Shown here: positions 1-7,985 of the stretch, in pieces
Position numbering within the stretch: the first letter of the stretch is position 1
Layout of the letters: every line of letters starts with the position of its first letter
Program-made: the position numbers and the translations under genes
Source: Coriobacteriales bacterium
GTDB lineage: Bacteria > Actinomycetota > Coriobacteriia > Coriobacteriales > UBA8131
Direction: 5' to 3'
DNA: 64,000 nt
Assembly (NCBI GenBank): GCA_031288185.1
Contig: JAITRZ010000048.1
Location: 31,307 to 95,306, forward strand
Notes under the pieces: generated by a model
The model's input: only the letters and a program-made list of their open reading frames with translations
What the model was told of the DNA's origin: nothing
The model's database searches: none

Positions 1-453
1 GTGGTGGGTGGCGCTACCCGCAGGGCACTTGGCGTTCCGGAGACGGCATTCGTTGACTTCGCGCAGACTACCCTGAGCACCACAGCGCAGACACTACCGT
101 GTGGGACTTTCTATGGCAGTGACGTGTTCTTTTTGCTTGGAGCCGGCCAACTCGCCTTTGGCTCACACATCGAAAATACTCATTTTGAGCTTTGCGGAAC
201 CTATGTAGTGAATCATGGCTTCGCGGCCAATGACATCGTAGAGGTAGATATAATGCGCACCAGCCCAGGAGTCTCCGAGGGTGTGTACAGGCGCATCTAC
301 CTGAAGGCCATCAACGCGCAGCTGGAGCAGTGGCCATCGTCTTACACCTTATACTCGCCAACGGGTGCCACATGGCGCGTCACAGCGCGCAACACAACCG
401 CAGCGCGAGGGATAATTGGGCTCACGTTTTTGCTCAAAGAAATACGATTATAG
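1..453 (+). CDS. Phage protein, C-terminal fragment (function unknown, possibly tail/structural)
   Basis: Open frame running in from the window edge, directly upstream of the lysis cassette. I recognise no motif. Confidence 0.4.
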   Translation: MVGGATRRALGVPETAFVDFAQTTLSTTAQTLPCGTFYGSDVFFLLGAGQLAFGSHIENTHFELCGTYVVNHGFAANDIVEVDIMRTSPGVSEGVYRRIYLKAINAQLEQWPSSYTLYSPTGATWRVTARNTTAARGIIGLTFLLKEIRL

Positions 454-466
454 GAAGGGAATCATT

Positions 467-712
467 ATGTGGACGAAAGAAAACTGGAAAGCAATCGCAG
501 AGCGCGCAATCAGCACGTTTGCCGAATCGCTGGTAATCGCCATAGGCGCTGGGCAAGTCGGGCTGCTGGATATAGACTGGCCGGCAGCCCTTGGCCTGGC
601 GGGCACTATGACGCTGCTATCTGTGCTCAAAAACCTCATCATCAAGCCCCCAGAGGTCACGGCACAGGCCGAGCTTGACACCTATAAAGCCCAGCGCGCT
701 AAGGAGGACTGA
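467..712 (+). CDS. Phage holin-like small membrane protein
   Basis: 81 aa from the ATG at 467, preceded by GGAAGGGA. Two hydrophobic helices (AESLVIAIGAGQVGLL, ALGLAGTMTLLSVL) and a charged C-terminal tail. Sits upstream of the endolysin. Confidence 0.6.
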   Translation: MWTKENWKAIAERAISTFAESLVIAIGAGQVGLLDIDWPAALGLAGTMTLLSVLKNLIIKPPEVTAQAELDTYKAQRAKED

Positions 713-1032
713 TGGATATTGATAGCGTGATGGGCGTTTTGGACAAACTCGAAGTAGTGGTGATATTTGCTATTCTCACTGCTTGTCTTGCCCTCAAAAA
801 ACACCTTGTTGCTTGGCTTAAAGCGGCCTTGTGCATCGACCAGCTAAGAGCAGAGACACTGCGCAACACCATCCTCATTAACATCCACAACACGCCAAAA
901 AAAGCTGAGGTCATCGAGGACGATTACACCGCGTACAAAGCCCTTGGCGGCAATGGATATCTGGATGGCGTAATCGCCGAGTGGCGCGAACACTGCGAAG
1001 GCGACCTAATTGCAAAGAGGATAGGCAAATAA
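712..1032 (+). CDS. Phage hypothetical membrane protein
   Basis: The ATG overlaps the holin TGA (TGATG), with AAGGAGG upstream. One TM helix (VVVIFAILTACLAL). Confidence 0.45.
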   Translation: MDIDSVMGVLDKLEVVVIFAILTACLALKKHLVAWLKAALCIDQLRAETLRNTILINIHNTPKKAEVIEDDYTAYKALGGNGYLDGVIAEWREHCEGDLIAKRIGK

Positions 1033-1048
1033 CCGAAAGGAGCATGAA

Positions 1049-1834
1049 ATGGGCAAAAGAGAAAAAATGGTGCAGTATGTAATTGACGCTTGCAACGATG
1101 CGAGCGTAGGCTACAGCCAGGTGCGCCGCTGGCGAGATCCTGACGTGGACTGCTCAAGTCTGATGTATCTGGCTGCCCATGCAGCGGGATACGCCATACC
1201 CCGGGCCATTGGCTCTGGATACACCGGCACCATGCGGCAAGACTTTGAGGCAGCTGGCTTTGTCTGGTACCCCTTTAATGGCCAGGTAAACGACTCTGAC
1301 CCCGGCGAAATCTACCTTAACACGCAAAACCACACCGAAATGTATGTCGGCAACGGGAAATTTGGCGGCGCGCACATCGACGAAAACGGCGGTGTCACAG
1401 GCGCCAGGGGTGGCGATCAGACCGGAAACGAGGTCTCGATGGTAAATGCTTACATCTACTCGCGAGGCTGGGATGGTGTCTTGGTGCCTCCAGACAGCGG
1501 CGGAGAATCCTCCGTGCCTTCTGCGCCTGCAAAGACCATAGACACTTTGGCCAAAGAAGTCATTGGGGGCCTTTGGGGCACAGGAGCCGAGCGTCGCCAG
1601 CGCCTGATTGATGCCGGATATGACTACGAGGCTGTGCAACGGCGTGTAAACGAAATCATCGCGGGCAGTAACGAGAGCGCCGGTAACGTCACACCAGCCC
1701 CTGATATAGATAGCATAGCCTGGGCAGTCATTAGGGGCGAGTATGGCAATGGCCAGTCGCGCATAGACGCTCTTGTATCGGCGGGATATGACGCCAGTGC
1801 CGTGCAGGCCAGCGTAAATGAGCTCCTGTCATGA
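1049..1834 (+). CDS. Phage endolysin: Pal-like (Amidase_5-type) Cys/His amidase domain plus two CW_7 (Cpl-7-type) cell-wall-binding repeats
   Basis: VGYSQVRRWRDPDVDCSSLMY ... NHTEMYVG resembles the Dp-1 Pal amidase N-terminal domain (recalled from memory). There are two C-terminal repeats: GGLWGTGAERRQRLIDAGYDYEAVQRRVNEI and RGEYGNGQSRIDALVSAGYDASAVQASVNEL. Confidence 0.85.
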   Translation: MGKREKMVQYVIDACNDASVGYSQVRRWRDPDVDCSSLMYLAAHAAGYAIPRAIGSGYTGTMRQDFEAAGFVWYPFNGQVNDSDPGEIYLNTQNHTEMYVGNGKFGGAHIDENGGVTGARGGDQTGNEVSMVNAYIYSRGWDGVLVPPDSGGESSVPSAPAKTIDTLAKEVIGGLWGTGAERRQRLIDAGYDYEAVQRRVNEIIAGSNESAGNVTPAPDIDSIAWAVIRGEYGNGQSRIDALVSAGYDASAVQASVNELLS

Positions 1835-2046
1835 AAAAGGGCACTTGGGCCTGGGCAGCGATGTTATCTATCGCACTACTTGTAGCAACTCTCACCTGCG
1901 CAATCATCATGTGCGCGAAAAAGAGCGAAGCCCAGCAACGCGTGATACAGGAGCAGGAGGCTAGACTGGACAACCTGAACGACACCCTCAAGTATGCCCT
2001 TGAGGCAGGTGATATACAGCGTCTCAGGCAGCAGATGATTGAATAG
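1831..2046 (+). CDS. Small phage membrane/coiled-coil protein
   Basis: Overlaps the endolysin stop (ATGA). N-terminal TM helix, then a charged helical tail. Confidence 0.4.
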   Translation: MKKGTWAWAAMLSIALLVATLTCAIIMCAKKSEAQQRVIQEQEARLDNLNDTLKYALEAGDIQRLRQQMIE

Positions 2047-2058
2047 AAAGGGAGCATA

Positions 2059-2292
2059 ATGGTACAGTCCACAACAGGCAAGGTAAACAAGGCCGGGCGA
2101 GGTTACATCACTGTTGCGACCTCAGACCCAACAAGAAGGCTTAATGTACGCTCGTCTCCGGAGGTGCCCGGAGGCGGCACCGACAATGTCGTGACTACGC
2201 TTGCTCACGGCACCCGCCGGCAGGTAAAGGACTATATAGAGGGCTGGGTGCGCATAAGAGAAGGCTGGGTAAGAGCCAGGTACGTGAAGTAG
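2059..2292 (+). CDS. Small SH3b-like domain protein (phage)
   Basis: GGAG upstream. The pattern LNVRSSP ... GWVRIREGWVRARYV is typical of bacterial SH3 domains. Confidence 0.45.
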   Translation: MVQSTTGKVNKAGRGYITVATSDPTRRLNVRSSPEVPGGGTDNVVTTLAHGTRRQVKDYIEGWVRIREGWVRARYVK

Positions 2293-2430
2293 CCATATCA
2301 ACGTCCGCAGGGCGCGCCAAACTCCTCCTCGTTGCGCCTAACAACAACCTCCTTGCGCCCTGTAGGACGAGATTAGCACATTATACACTCAGAGCAATTA
2401 GAGCGATATTGCTACTTTTTCGCCTTTTTC

Positions 2431-2480
2431 GTGTGCCATTGTGTGCCATTCGGTATCCAGATGTGCCATTGTGTGCCATT
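2431..2480. repeat. Four copies of (G/A)TGTGCCATT in two tandem pairs; candidate arm-type integrase/Xis sites at attR
   Basis: gtgtgccatt at 2431 and 2441, atgtgccatt at 2461, gtgtgccatt at 2471. They lie 85-130 bp from the tRNA-Lys 3' end. Confidence 0.6.
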
Positions 2481-2562
2481 TTTGAGGGGTATTATGTGGG
2501 ATTATATGCAAGTTTAAGGATCAATCTACCTGCAGAAACGTCGAAAATACCTGCAAAAACTA

Positions 2563-2638
<76 letters not shown>

Positions 2639-2726
2639 AATCAACACGCCTGGTTAGGCGCAAAGCACTTGTGCGACTGCTCCCTCCAAGGCGCAGTGTA
2701 TCTTAGCATAAGGTTCTCTCCTCTGG

Positions 2727-3392
2727 CTAAATCACGTCCAGCAGGCGGCGGTTTTGGCGCAGCCAAAGTTTGCGTTGGCGATAATCAGGCATCACAGCCG
2801 CCACGGCATCCCAAAAGCGCGCGCTGTGATTCTTCTGAAGAACATGACAAAGCTCGTGTACCACTACATAGTCAATTATCTCAGGGGGACAGAGCACCAG
2901 GCGCCAGGAAAAGTTAAGGGTATTGTTTGCGCCGCATGAACCCCAGCGCCTCCGGGCATGAGAAACGCGCACCGAGGTATAGCACACGCCCATAACACAG
3001 GCAAAGTGCTTAACGCGCTTGGTAATAACCGTTACAAAACGCCGCTGGAGCCAGGAGGCAAAATCCCCCAGGGTCATCTGGTAAGGCACAGACAGCTCAC
3101 CGTCCGCCACGTGTACGGTAGCGACATCTCTGTGCCGCACCACATACAAACGCCCCAGATAGGAAACCGTTTCACCTTCACAAAGCAATACCTCAGTGTA
3201 GCGAGAAGCGCTGCGGGCGATCTCCCCCTGCTTTGCGGCTATCCAGTGCCGTTTCTGACGGATGAAGTCGCCGATAGCCTGTTCACCCATGCCCAGCGGC
3301 GCGCGCGCTATCAGCCTGCCCTGATTATCTATGGTCAGCGCCAGCGTTCTTCGTCGGCTGCGCACCAACGTAAAATCTGTCTTGTCTATCAC
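2727..3392 (-). CDS. YgjP-like (DUF45/M48 superfamily) metal-dependent hydrolase
   Basis: Zinc motif VVHELCHVLQKNHSARFW near the C-terminus. The length (221 aa) is typical. Confidence 0.8.
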   Translation of the reverse strand: MIDKTDFTLVRSRRRTLALTIDNQGRLIARAPLGMGEQAIGDFIRQKRHWIAAKQGEIARSASRYTEVLLCEGETVSYLGRLYVVRHRDVATVHVADGELSVPYQMTLGDFASWLQRRFVTVITKRVKHFACVMGVCYTSVRVSHARRRWGSCGANNTLNFSWRLVLCPPEIIDYVVVHELCHVLQKNHSARFWDAVAAVMPDYRQRKLWLRQNRRLLDVI

Positions 3393-3650
3393 TGTCGCAC
3401 TGTCCCTATCTCTGCCTGCAGGGTTCTTCAGGCCCAGGTAGGCGTATCAGCAAACTTCTATCAAAATCCAGGCCCCCGCACATTAGCAAACATCCATCAA
3501 AGCCAGTGAGCCTGTGAACTTTTCTGTGTCCTTGCCGCACGCAACCTGCGTGGCTTGAATAGCTTGGTGAGGGAAAGCGCCACGTACAGGCATCTGCGCG
3601 CAGGGTGTGGCGCGCAGATGCCATTCTCATTATAAGGGATGCAAGAGCGC

Positions 3651-4331
3651 TTAGGAAGAAAAACGTGCCCGCTTAAGCGGCACGCTTTCTACGGGCAGCT
3701 GTCGAGACAGCAGGGGAAGCAGGACAAGAGAACACATCAGCACACAAAGCAGCGAAGGGCCAAGGTAGGCAAAATTGTACAACAATGAGTACAGCCAGAC
3801 ATTCTGATCGCCGGCATATTCAGCAAAGAAAATCACGCCAGAAAAAACATGGGTCAGATAACGAACAAAGCCAGCAAGCAGCACGGCGATAACTATCCAT
3901 GCCGAGCCACCAACCAAGCTACTGGCAAGTTCGGTGGCCCGGCCTGAGCCCGGCCTGTTGGTCGCGGCACTCTGGGCGGTGTCCGGGACGGCCTTTCGCA
4001 AGGCCCAGCGCTGGGTGCGTTGATACACAGGGGCAAACAATCCACACACAATACCAAACAGCAGATAGGGTACCGGATAGTCCAGCAGTACCTGGGTTGG
4101 AACCAAAATGACCGGCTCCATCAGCAGGTCAAAACAGCCAAAGAGAAGGCCAGCGATCGCAGCAGCGACCGCACCGCGGCGCAGGGCCACCACTGCGATG
4201 GGAAGCATGGTTAGGGATATGGATCCACCCGCCACATTGATGGGCAGTCGTAGTGCCATTAAATTTAGCACTACAGACAGGGCAACCGCCAAGGCTATGT
4301 CAGTGATTACCCTGGTTCTTTGGTCACGCAC
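3651..4331 (-). CDS. thiT: Energy-coupling-factor thiamine transporter S component ThiT
   Basis: LPIAVVALRRGAVAAAIAGLLFG, LDYPVPYLLFGIVCGLF and YLTHVFSGVIFFAEYA parallel L. lactis ThiT (recalled). The start is taken as the GTG at 4331, with GAGGAG 8 nt upstream. The longer ORF to 4535 would overlap the riboswitch. Confidence 0.75.
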   Translation of the reverse strand: MRDQRTRVITDIALAVALSVVLNLMALRLPINVAGGSISLTMLPIAVVALRRGAVAAAIAGLLFGCFDLLMEPVILVPTQVLLDYPVPYLLFGIVCGLFAPVYQRTQRWALRKAVPDTAQSAATNRPGSGRATELASSLVGGSAWIVIAVLLAGFVRYLTHVFSGVIFFAEYAGDQNVWLYSLLYNFAYLGPSLLCVLMCSLVLLPLLSRQLPVESVPLKRARFSS

Positions 4332-4384
4332 AGTGAAGCTCCTCTCAGAGATGAGAGCCGTCACACTATAGATTGCGGATGAAA

Positions 4385-4475
4385 GAACTCGCTTGGTGCC
4401 CCGCATTACCGGAACACTCCTGTCGGTCGCGAACGAATCGCCTCTCAGCCATAATGACAGCTCCCGATGGGATAT
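4385..4475 (-). promoter_or_regulatory. TPP (THI-box) riboswitch upstream of thiT
   Basis: The minus strand reads CGGGAGCTGTCATTATGGCTGAGAGGCG ... GTGTTCCGGTAATGCGGGGCAC. The conserved GGCUGAGA element and a UAAUG-loop helix (GUGUUCC/GGGGCAC) are present. A thiamine transporter lies immediately downstream. Confidence 0.55.
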
Positions 4476-4631
4476 ATGCGCCGTTTCCGCGCGTGTGTTT
4501 TGAAACACGCGTGGCAGGCGTCCTGTTAAGGGCATGATAACACAGGTTTTGCGCGTGGGAGCAGGAGCATTTTGGGGCTTTCCGGCCAGGGTATCTAAAA
4601 CAGACCTCCAAATGAGGTGGCTTCAGGTCAG

Positions 4632-5252
4632 TTAACTGCTCATAAGGTGATACACCACGTAACCCGCATTTGGATCGAGCGTGCTTGTCCCATCTATCTT
4701 GATGGCATCATGCAGATCCTGGGTATACACGAGCCCACCCACACGGCTCAACCCGTAGGTCACCACAACCGTGGGATCTCCCGGTTTGCGACCTTCAGGA
4801 TAGACCATAAATGCGTCAGCGGTTAGCGCAGTCACATCCGAGCCAAGAGGGGCCACAAAGTGGACATGGAAGCGCATGTTGGTGGCTCCAAGCCCTATGA
4901 CATCGTTCATGAAAGTTCTCGAATACCCGGTAGCTAAGGTCGAAAGATCGGCGAGACTAAAGCGTTTTACAACAAACGCGGTGATGTCTGTCATCCCAGG
5001 CGCCCACCCGGTTGTGAAGTATCCTGCAGCATCCCCTGAACTGAATTTTCCGGCAGCATAGGCTTCATCAAGTACGGAGCGAGTTGCCTGCACAATGTCT
5101 CTAGCCTCGGCGATGTACTGCTCATCCTGCGCCTTCGCTATATAGCCCGTAAGCGCGGGGATGGCTATGGCGAGCAGTATGCCCAGGATAACAATAACAA
5201 CGATAAGCTCTACCAGGGTAAAACCGGTGCGTCTTTGTGAGGTTCCTCGCAC
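4632..5252 (-). CDS. Prepilin-type N-terminal cleavage/methylation-domain protein (pilin-like), locus 1
   Basis: Class III signal MRGTSQRRTG|FTLVELIVVIVILGILLAIAIPALTGYI (G-1, F+1, E+5). GTG at 5252 with GGGAGG 6 nt upstream. The frame stays open upstream to 5282 and, apart from one TGA, up to the ATG at 5606. Confidence 0.7.
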   Translation of the reverse strand: MRGTSQRRTGFTLVELIVVIVILGILLAIAIPALTGYIAKAQDEQYIAEARDIVQATRSVLDEAYAAGKFSSGDAAGYFTTGWAPGMTDITAFVVKRFSLADLSTLATGYSRTFMNDVIGLGATNMRFHVHFVAPLGSDVTALTADAFMVYPEGRKPGDPTVVVTYGLSRVGGLVYTQDLHDAIKIDGTSTLDPNAGYVVYHLMSS

Positions 5253-5369
5253 AGGGAGCCTCCCGTGAGCTCCGCAGAGCAAGGCACCCTGGTGAGGGGA
5301 TGCAGGGGAATCAACATTACTGAGGCGAGGAGGTCGAGGACTGTCTGAGCCGGCACCCCCTGTGCGAGG
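5245..5369. repeat. Perfect 12-bp inverted repeat, CCTCGCACAGGG (5245-5256) / CCCTGTGCGAGG (5358-5369), locus 1
   Basis: Read directly from the sequence. The arms are 101 bp apart. The pilin-proximal arm contains the GTG start candidate. Confidence 0.9.
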
Positions 5370-5372
5370 GGT

Positions 5373-5606
5373 TCAAGCTAAGACAGTGCGGCTTAAACCG
5401 TCACCAGGGGCAGTGCCCTCTGTGCGCGATGCCCACGCAGCCGGTGCTTCTTGTGTTCGAATTTGTGCTATCTCAGATAACAAAAAACCGCTGGGCGCAT
5501 AAGCCTGGGCGGCGTCTTTGGCGCGTACACTCGCGCCCTCATAGATGTTGGTGGATGGGAGAAGAGCTAAGCTACGAGCCCCCCCCCCCGGCGAAATTTG
5601 TGACAT
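5373..5606 (-). CDS. Leader ORF (77 codons) containing a G11 tract, upstream of pilin-like locus 1
   Basis: AAAGGAG-N6-ATG, then TCA CAA ATT TCG CC + G11. It translates as MSQISPGGGARSLALL...SRTVLA and ends at a TGA 3 nt before the inverted-repeat arm. Whether it is translated is unproven. Confidence 0.4.
   Translation of the reverse strand: MSQISPGGGARSLALLPSTNIYEGASVRAKDAAQAYAPSGFLLSEIAQIRTQEAPAAWASRTEGTAPGDGLSRTVLA
5579..5589 (-). repeat. Homopolymer tract, 11 C on plus strand (G11 on the coding strand), locus 1
   Basis: Counted directly: cc at 5579-5580 plus nine c at 5581-5589. Confidence 0.95.
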
Positions 5607-6010
5607 GTTTTACTCCTTTCAGATTGCCTGTTGTGGTGCCTGTCTTGGTGGTGCTTTGTCTTGATGCCTGCCTTACCTGCTTTTTCTGACAGCGCGTAGT
5701 GTAGCACAAGCGCAGGAGTGTGTCACCAGAGGTGTGTCACGCCTGTGCGTGGGTGGAGGCACATGGCGGATATATGCTACACTGGCGCTTTGTGTTGCTG
5801 AACTCTTAAGTGGTAGAACTGGCTTTGGCCTGGGGCCGCCTTATTGGCTGTTTCCCGTTTTTATGTTACAACGTTGCACAGGGCAGGAAGGCGCCACTGG
5901 TATCCTCTGACCATCGGGTGCCTCTCACCAAGGCCGTTGGTTGTGCCCGTTGCATCATGCTGGCCGCACCACAGTTTAAGACCAGGAAGAAATAGAGAAG
6001 GCACAGCATA

Positions 6011-6628
6011 ATGCTTAGGGAGTTCTTTTTGAATATGCGCAGACCCAGGGGCTGGGGCGGCAGGTTGATGCTCTGGAGCATGGACACCGTTCACGGCGCG
6101 CTGGCTCAGTGGGGCTTGGGTTTTTTGATGATCCGGCCCAACAACCGCATCCTGGATATTGGCTGTGGCAGCGGGAAAACCATCGCCCGGATGTTGGTAG
6201 CCGCACCACAGGGCTGTGTCTGTGGATTGGATCCCGCCCCGCTCAGCGTCGGAAAATCCATAGAGCGCAATCTCACCGCTGTGCACCATGGTCGGTGTGA
6301 GATCAAGCAGGGCGATGTCTCCAAGATTCCCTGGCCAGATAGCAGTTTTGACCTTATCACCGCCTTTGAGACAATCTACTTTTGGCCAGATCTAACCACT
6401 GACCTGCTTGAAATCAGGCGGGCGCTGAAACCGGGTGGCACGGTTATGATCTGCAATGGGATGATGCGAGCTGAAGACAGCGCCTCACCCGTCCCCCGTT
6501 TTGAGCGAATGCTAGACATGCGAATTTATTCAGTCCACGAACTCAGGCTGGCCCTGGGTGCCTCCGGCTTTTTTGATCCCCACGTGGTAACCAAAGGCGG
6601 CTGGCTGTGCATAACAGCGATGGCCTGA
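6011..6628 (+). CDS. Class I SAM-dependent methyltransferase
   Basis: Motif I ILDIGCGSGKT and post-I/II elements (LKPGG). Confidence 0.8.
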   Translation: MLREFFLNMRRPRGWGGRLMLWSMDTVHGALAQWGLGFLMIRPNNRILDIGCGSGKTIARMLVAAPQGCVCGLDPAPLSVGKSIERNLTAVHHGRCEIKQGDVSKIPWPDSSFDLITAFETIYFWPDLTTDLLEIRRALKPGGTVMICNGMMRAEDSASPVPRFERMLDMRIYSVHELRLALGASGFFDPHVVTKGGWLCITAMA

Positions 6629-6675
6629 CAAGAACAGGCGGGTACGCTGAGGCGATGTTTGCCCTCTCAGGCAAT

Positions 6676-6701
6676 AAGCCCCGGCGGAAAGGCCGGGGCT
6701 T
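6676..6701. terminator. GC-rich hairpin between the convergent methyltransferase and era genes
   Basis: aagccccggc-ggaaag-gccggggctt forms a perfect 10-bp stem. There is no clear U-tract on either side. Confidence 0.4.
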
Positions 6702-7049
6702 AATCGCAACGTGTAACAATATGCCGAGTAGTAAAGGGTTTGCTGGAGCGCCAGTGGAAGGCAGCAGTGGGTAGGTGGTAAATCGGCTAAGGAGAGAAAA
6801 GGAAGGAGAAAAAGAAGAGCTGAATTTACAGAAAGGTTTCCTGCCTTCCACCACGGCTCCAACGCTATGAGATACCGGGGTCTGCTTGGTATCTATATCA
6901 ATGAGTATAGGTGGCTGATGTCCGGCAGCAGTAAGGCAGGTGTCAGGAAATTGCAAGAAAAAGGCAACGTCCTGATTACACGTCCTCATTACATCTTCAA
7001 CCCTACTACATACGCCTCCTGGTTCCTTGCCCGTGTCGCAGGGGGTTTT

Positions 7050-7985
7050 CTAGCCACCGTAGCCCAAGCGACGCAACTGGTTTTCATCTCGGCGCCAGTT
7101 TTTACGGAGCTTAACTCTGAGATCCAAAAAAATCCGCGCGTCTAACAGGCGCTCCATTTCCTGGCGAGCCTGACTGCCGATAGCTTTGATCATCGCGCCG
7201 TCTTTTCCCACCACGATGCCCTTTTGCGACATACGATCCACATATATCAGCGCGCTGATGTGATACCGGTTTGCACCTGCATCATAGTCCAACTGCTCAA
7301 GCTGCACGGCCACCGCATGGGGTAATTCTGCAAAACAGGTATGAAGAACCTGCTCACGGATAAGCTCCACTACCCAAACCTCCAAGGATTGATCCGTGCG
7401 CTGGTCTGGCCCAAACCACAGCGGTCCGGGGCCTAAAAGCCTGAAACAGGCCTGTACAAACACCTCGGCATCAGACTCTTCCAACACGCTCAGCACAATT
7501 TTCTCACTAAAGTCCAAACGTTGCTCGGCCGCCTGCAGCTGTGCTTTAATCTGGCTTTCCTGAGCCAACTTGGCTTTACTGCATACCAATATACAAGGCG
7601 CCGACAAGCGCTTAAGCTGTGTTAGTATCCATTCATCGCCCACACCCAAAGGACGTGTGGCATCCAGCACAAAGGCGATGGCATCGGCATCTGCCAATTC
7701 CAGCAGGGTCGTCTGGTTCAGGCACCTGCCCAAGGCATCTTTGGGCTTATGCAGCCCAGGGGTGTCAACCAAAACCAACTGTCCATCAGGACGATTGATA
7801 ACAGCGCGAATGCGTTGGCGCGTTGTCTGGACAACGGGAGACGTAATCGCCAGCTTTTTGCCCGCCGCAGCGTTAAGCAATGTGGATTTGCCCCCGTTTG
7901 GCCGTCCAACCAGAGCCACAAAGCCACTTTTGAAACCGTCGGGAGGCGTGCCGGTAGTCGCGGGCAAACCGGGCCGGGCCATCAT
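7050..7985 (-). CDS. era: GTPase Era
   Basis: G1 motif GRPNGGKSTLLN, DTPG, and a C-terminal KH domain. The ATG at 7985 overlaps the dgkA stop (ATGA). The longer ORF to 8432 is overlapped by dgkA in another frame. Confidence 0.9.
   Translation of the reverse strand: MMARPGLPATTGTPPDGFKSGFVALVGRPNGGKSTLLNAAAGKKLAITSPVVQTTRQRIRAVINRPDGQLVLVDTPGLHKPKDALGRCLNQTTLLELADADAIAFVLDATRPLGVGDEWILTQLKRLSAPCILVCSKAKLAQESQIKAQLQAAEQRLDFSEKIVLSVLEESDAEVFVQACFRLLGPGPLWFGPDQRTDQSLEVWVVELIREQVLHTCFAELPHAVAVQLEQLDYDAGANRYHISALIYVDRMSQKGIVVGKDGAMIKAIGSQARQEMERLLDARIFLDLRVKLRKNWRRDENQLRRLGYGG

Larger units (their letters stand above)
1..2562. mobile_element. Right-hand end of an integrated prophage (lysis module) ending next to the 3' end of tRNA-Lys
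   Basis: Holin-like, Pal-type amidase/CW_7 endolysin and small overlapping phage-style ORFs lie on the + strand. They stop about 270 bp before the 3' end of a minus-strand tRNA-Lys. Four TGTGCCATT repeats lie in the junction. The integrase and left end are outside the window. Confidence 0.65.

Noticed and set aside
5245-5369. The 12-bp inverted repeats, considered as terminal inverted repeats of a MITE or IS element.
   Set aside because: There are no flanking target-site duplications and no transposase. The repeats lie at the same position inside a larger conserved leader cassette in all three loci.
5627-5690. The 12-mer tandem repeats upstream of the pilin-like loci, considered as a possible CRISPR array.
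   Set aside because: The units are contiguous with no spacers, are degenerate and only about 12 nt long, and sit between a promoter box and an RBS. No CRISPR array is present anywhere in the window.
6543-6989. 148-aa minus-strand ORF, and the 92-aa plus-strand ORF 6867..7145, in the methyltransferase-era gap.
   Set aside because: There is no RBS and no recognisable domain, and the composition is not protein-like. The second overlaps the era 3' end.
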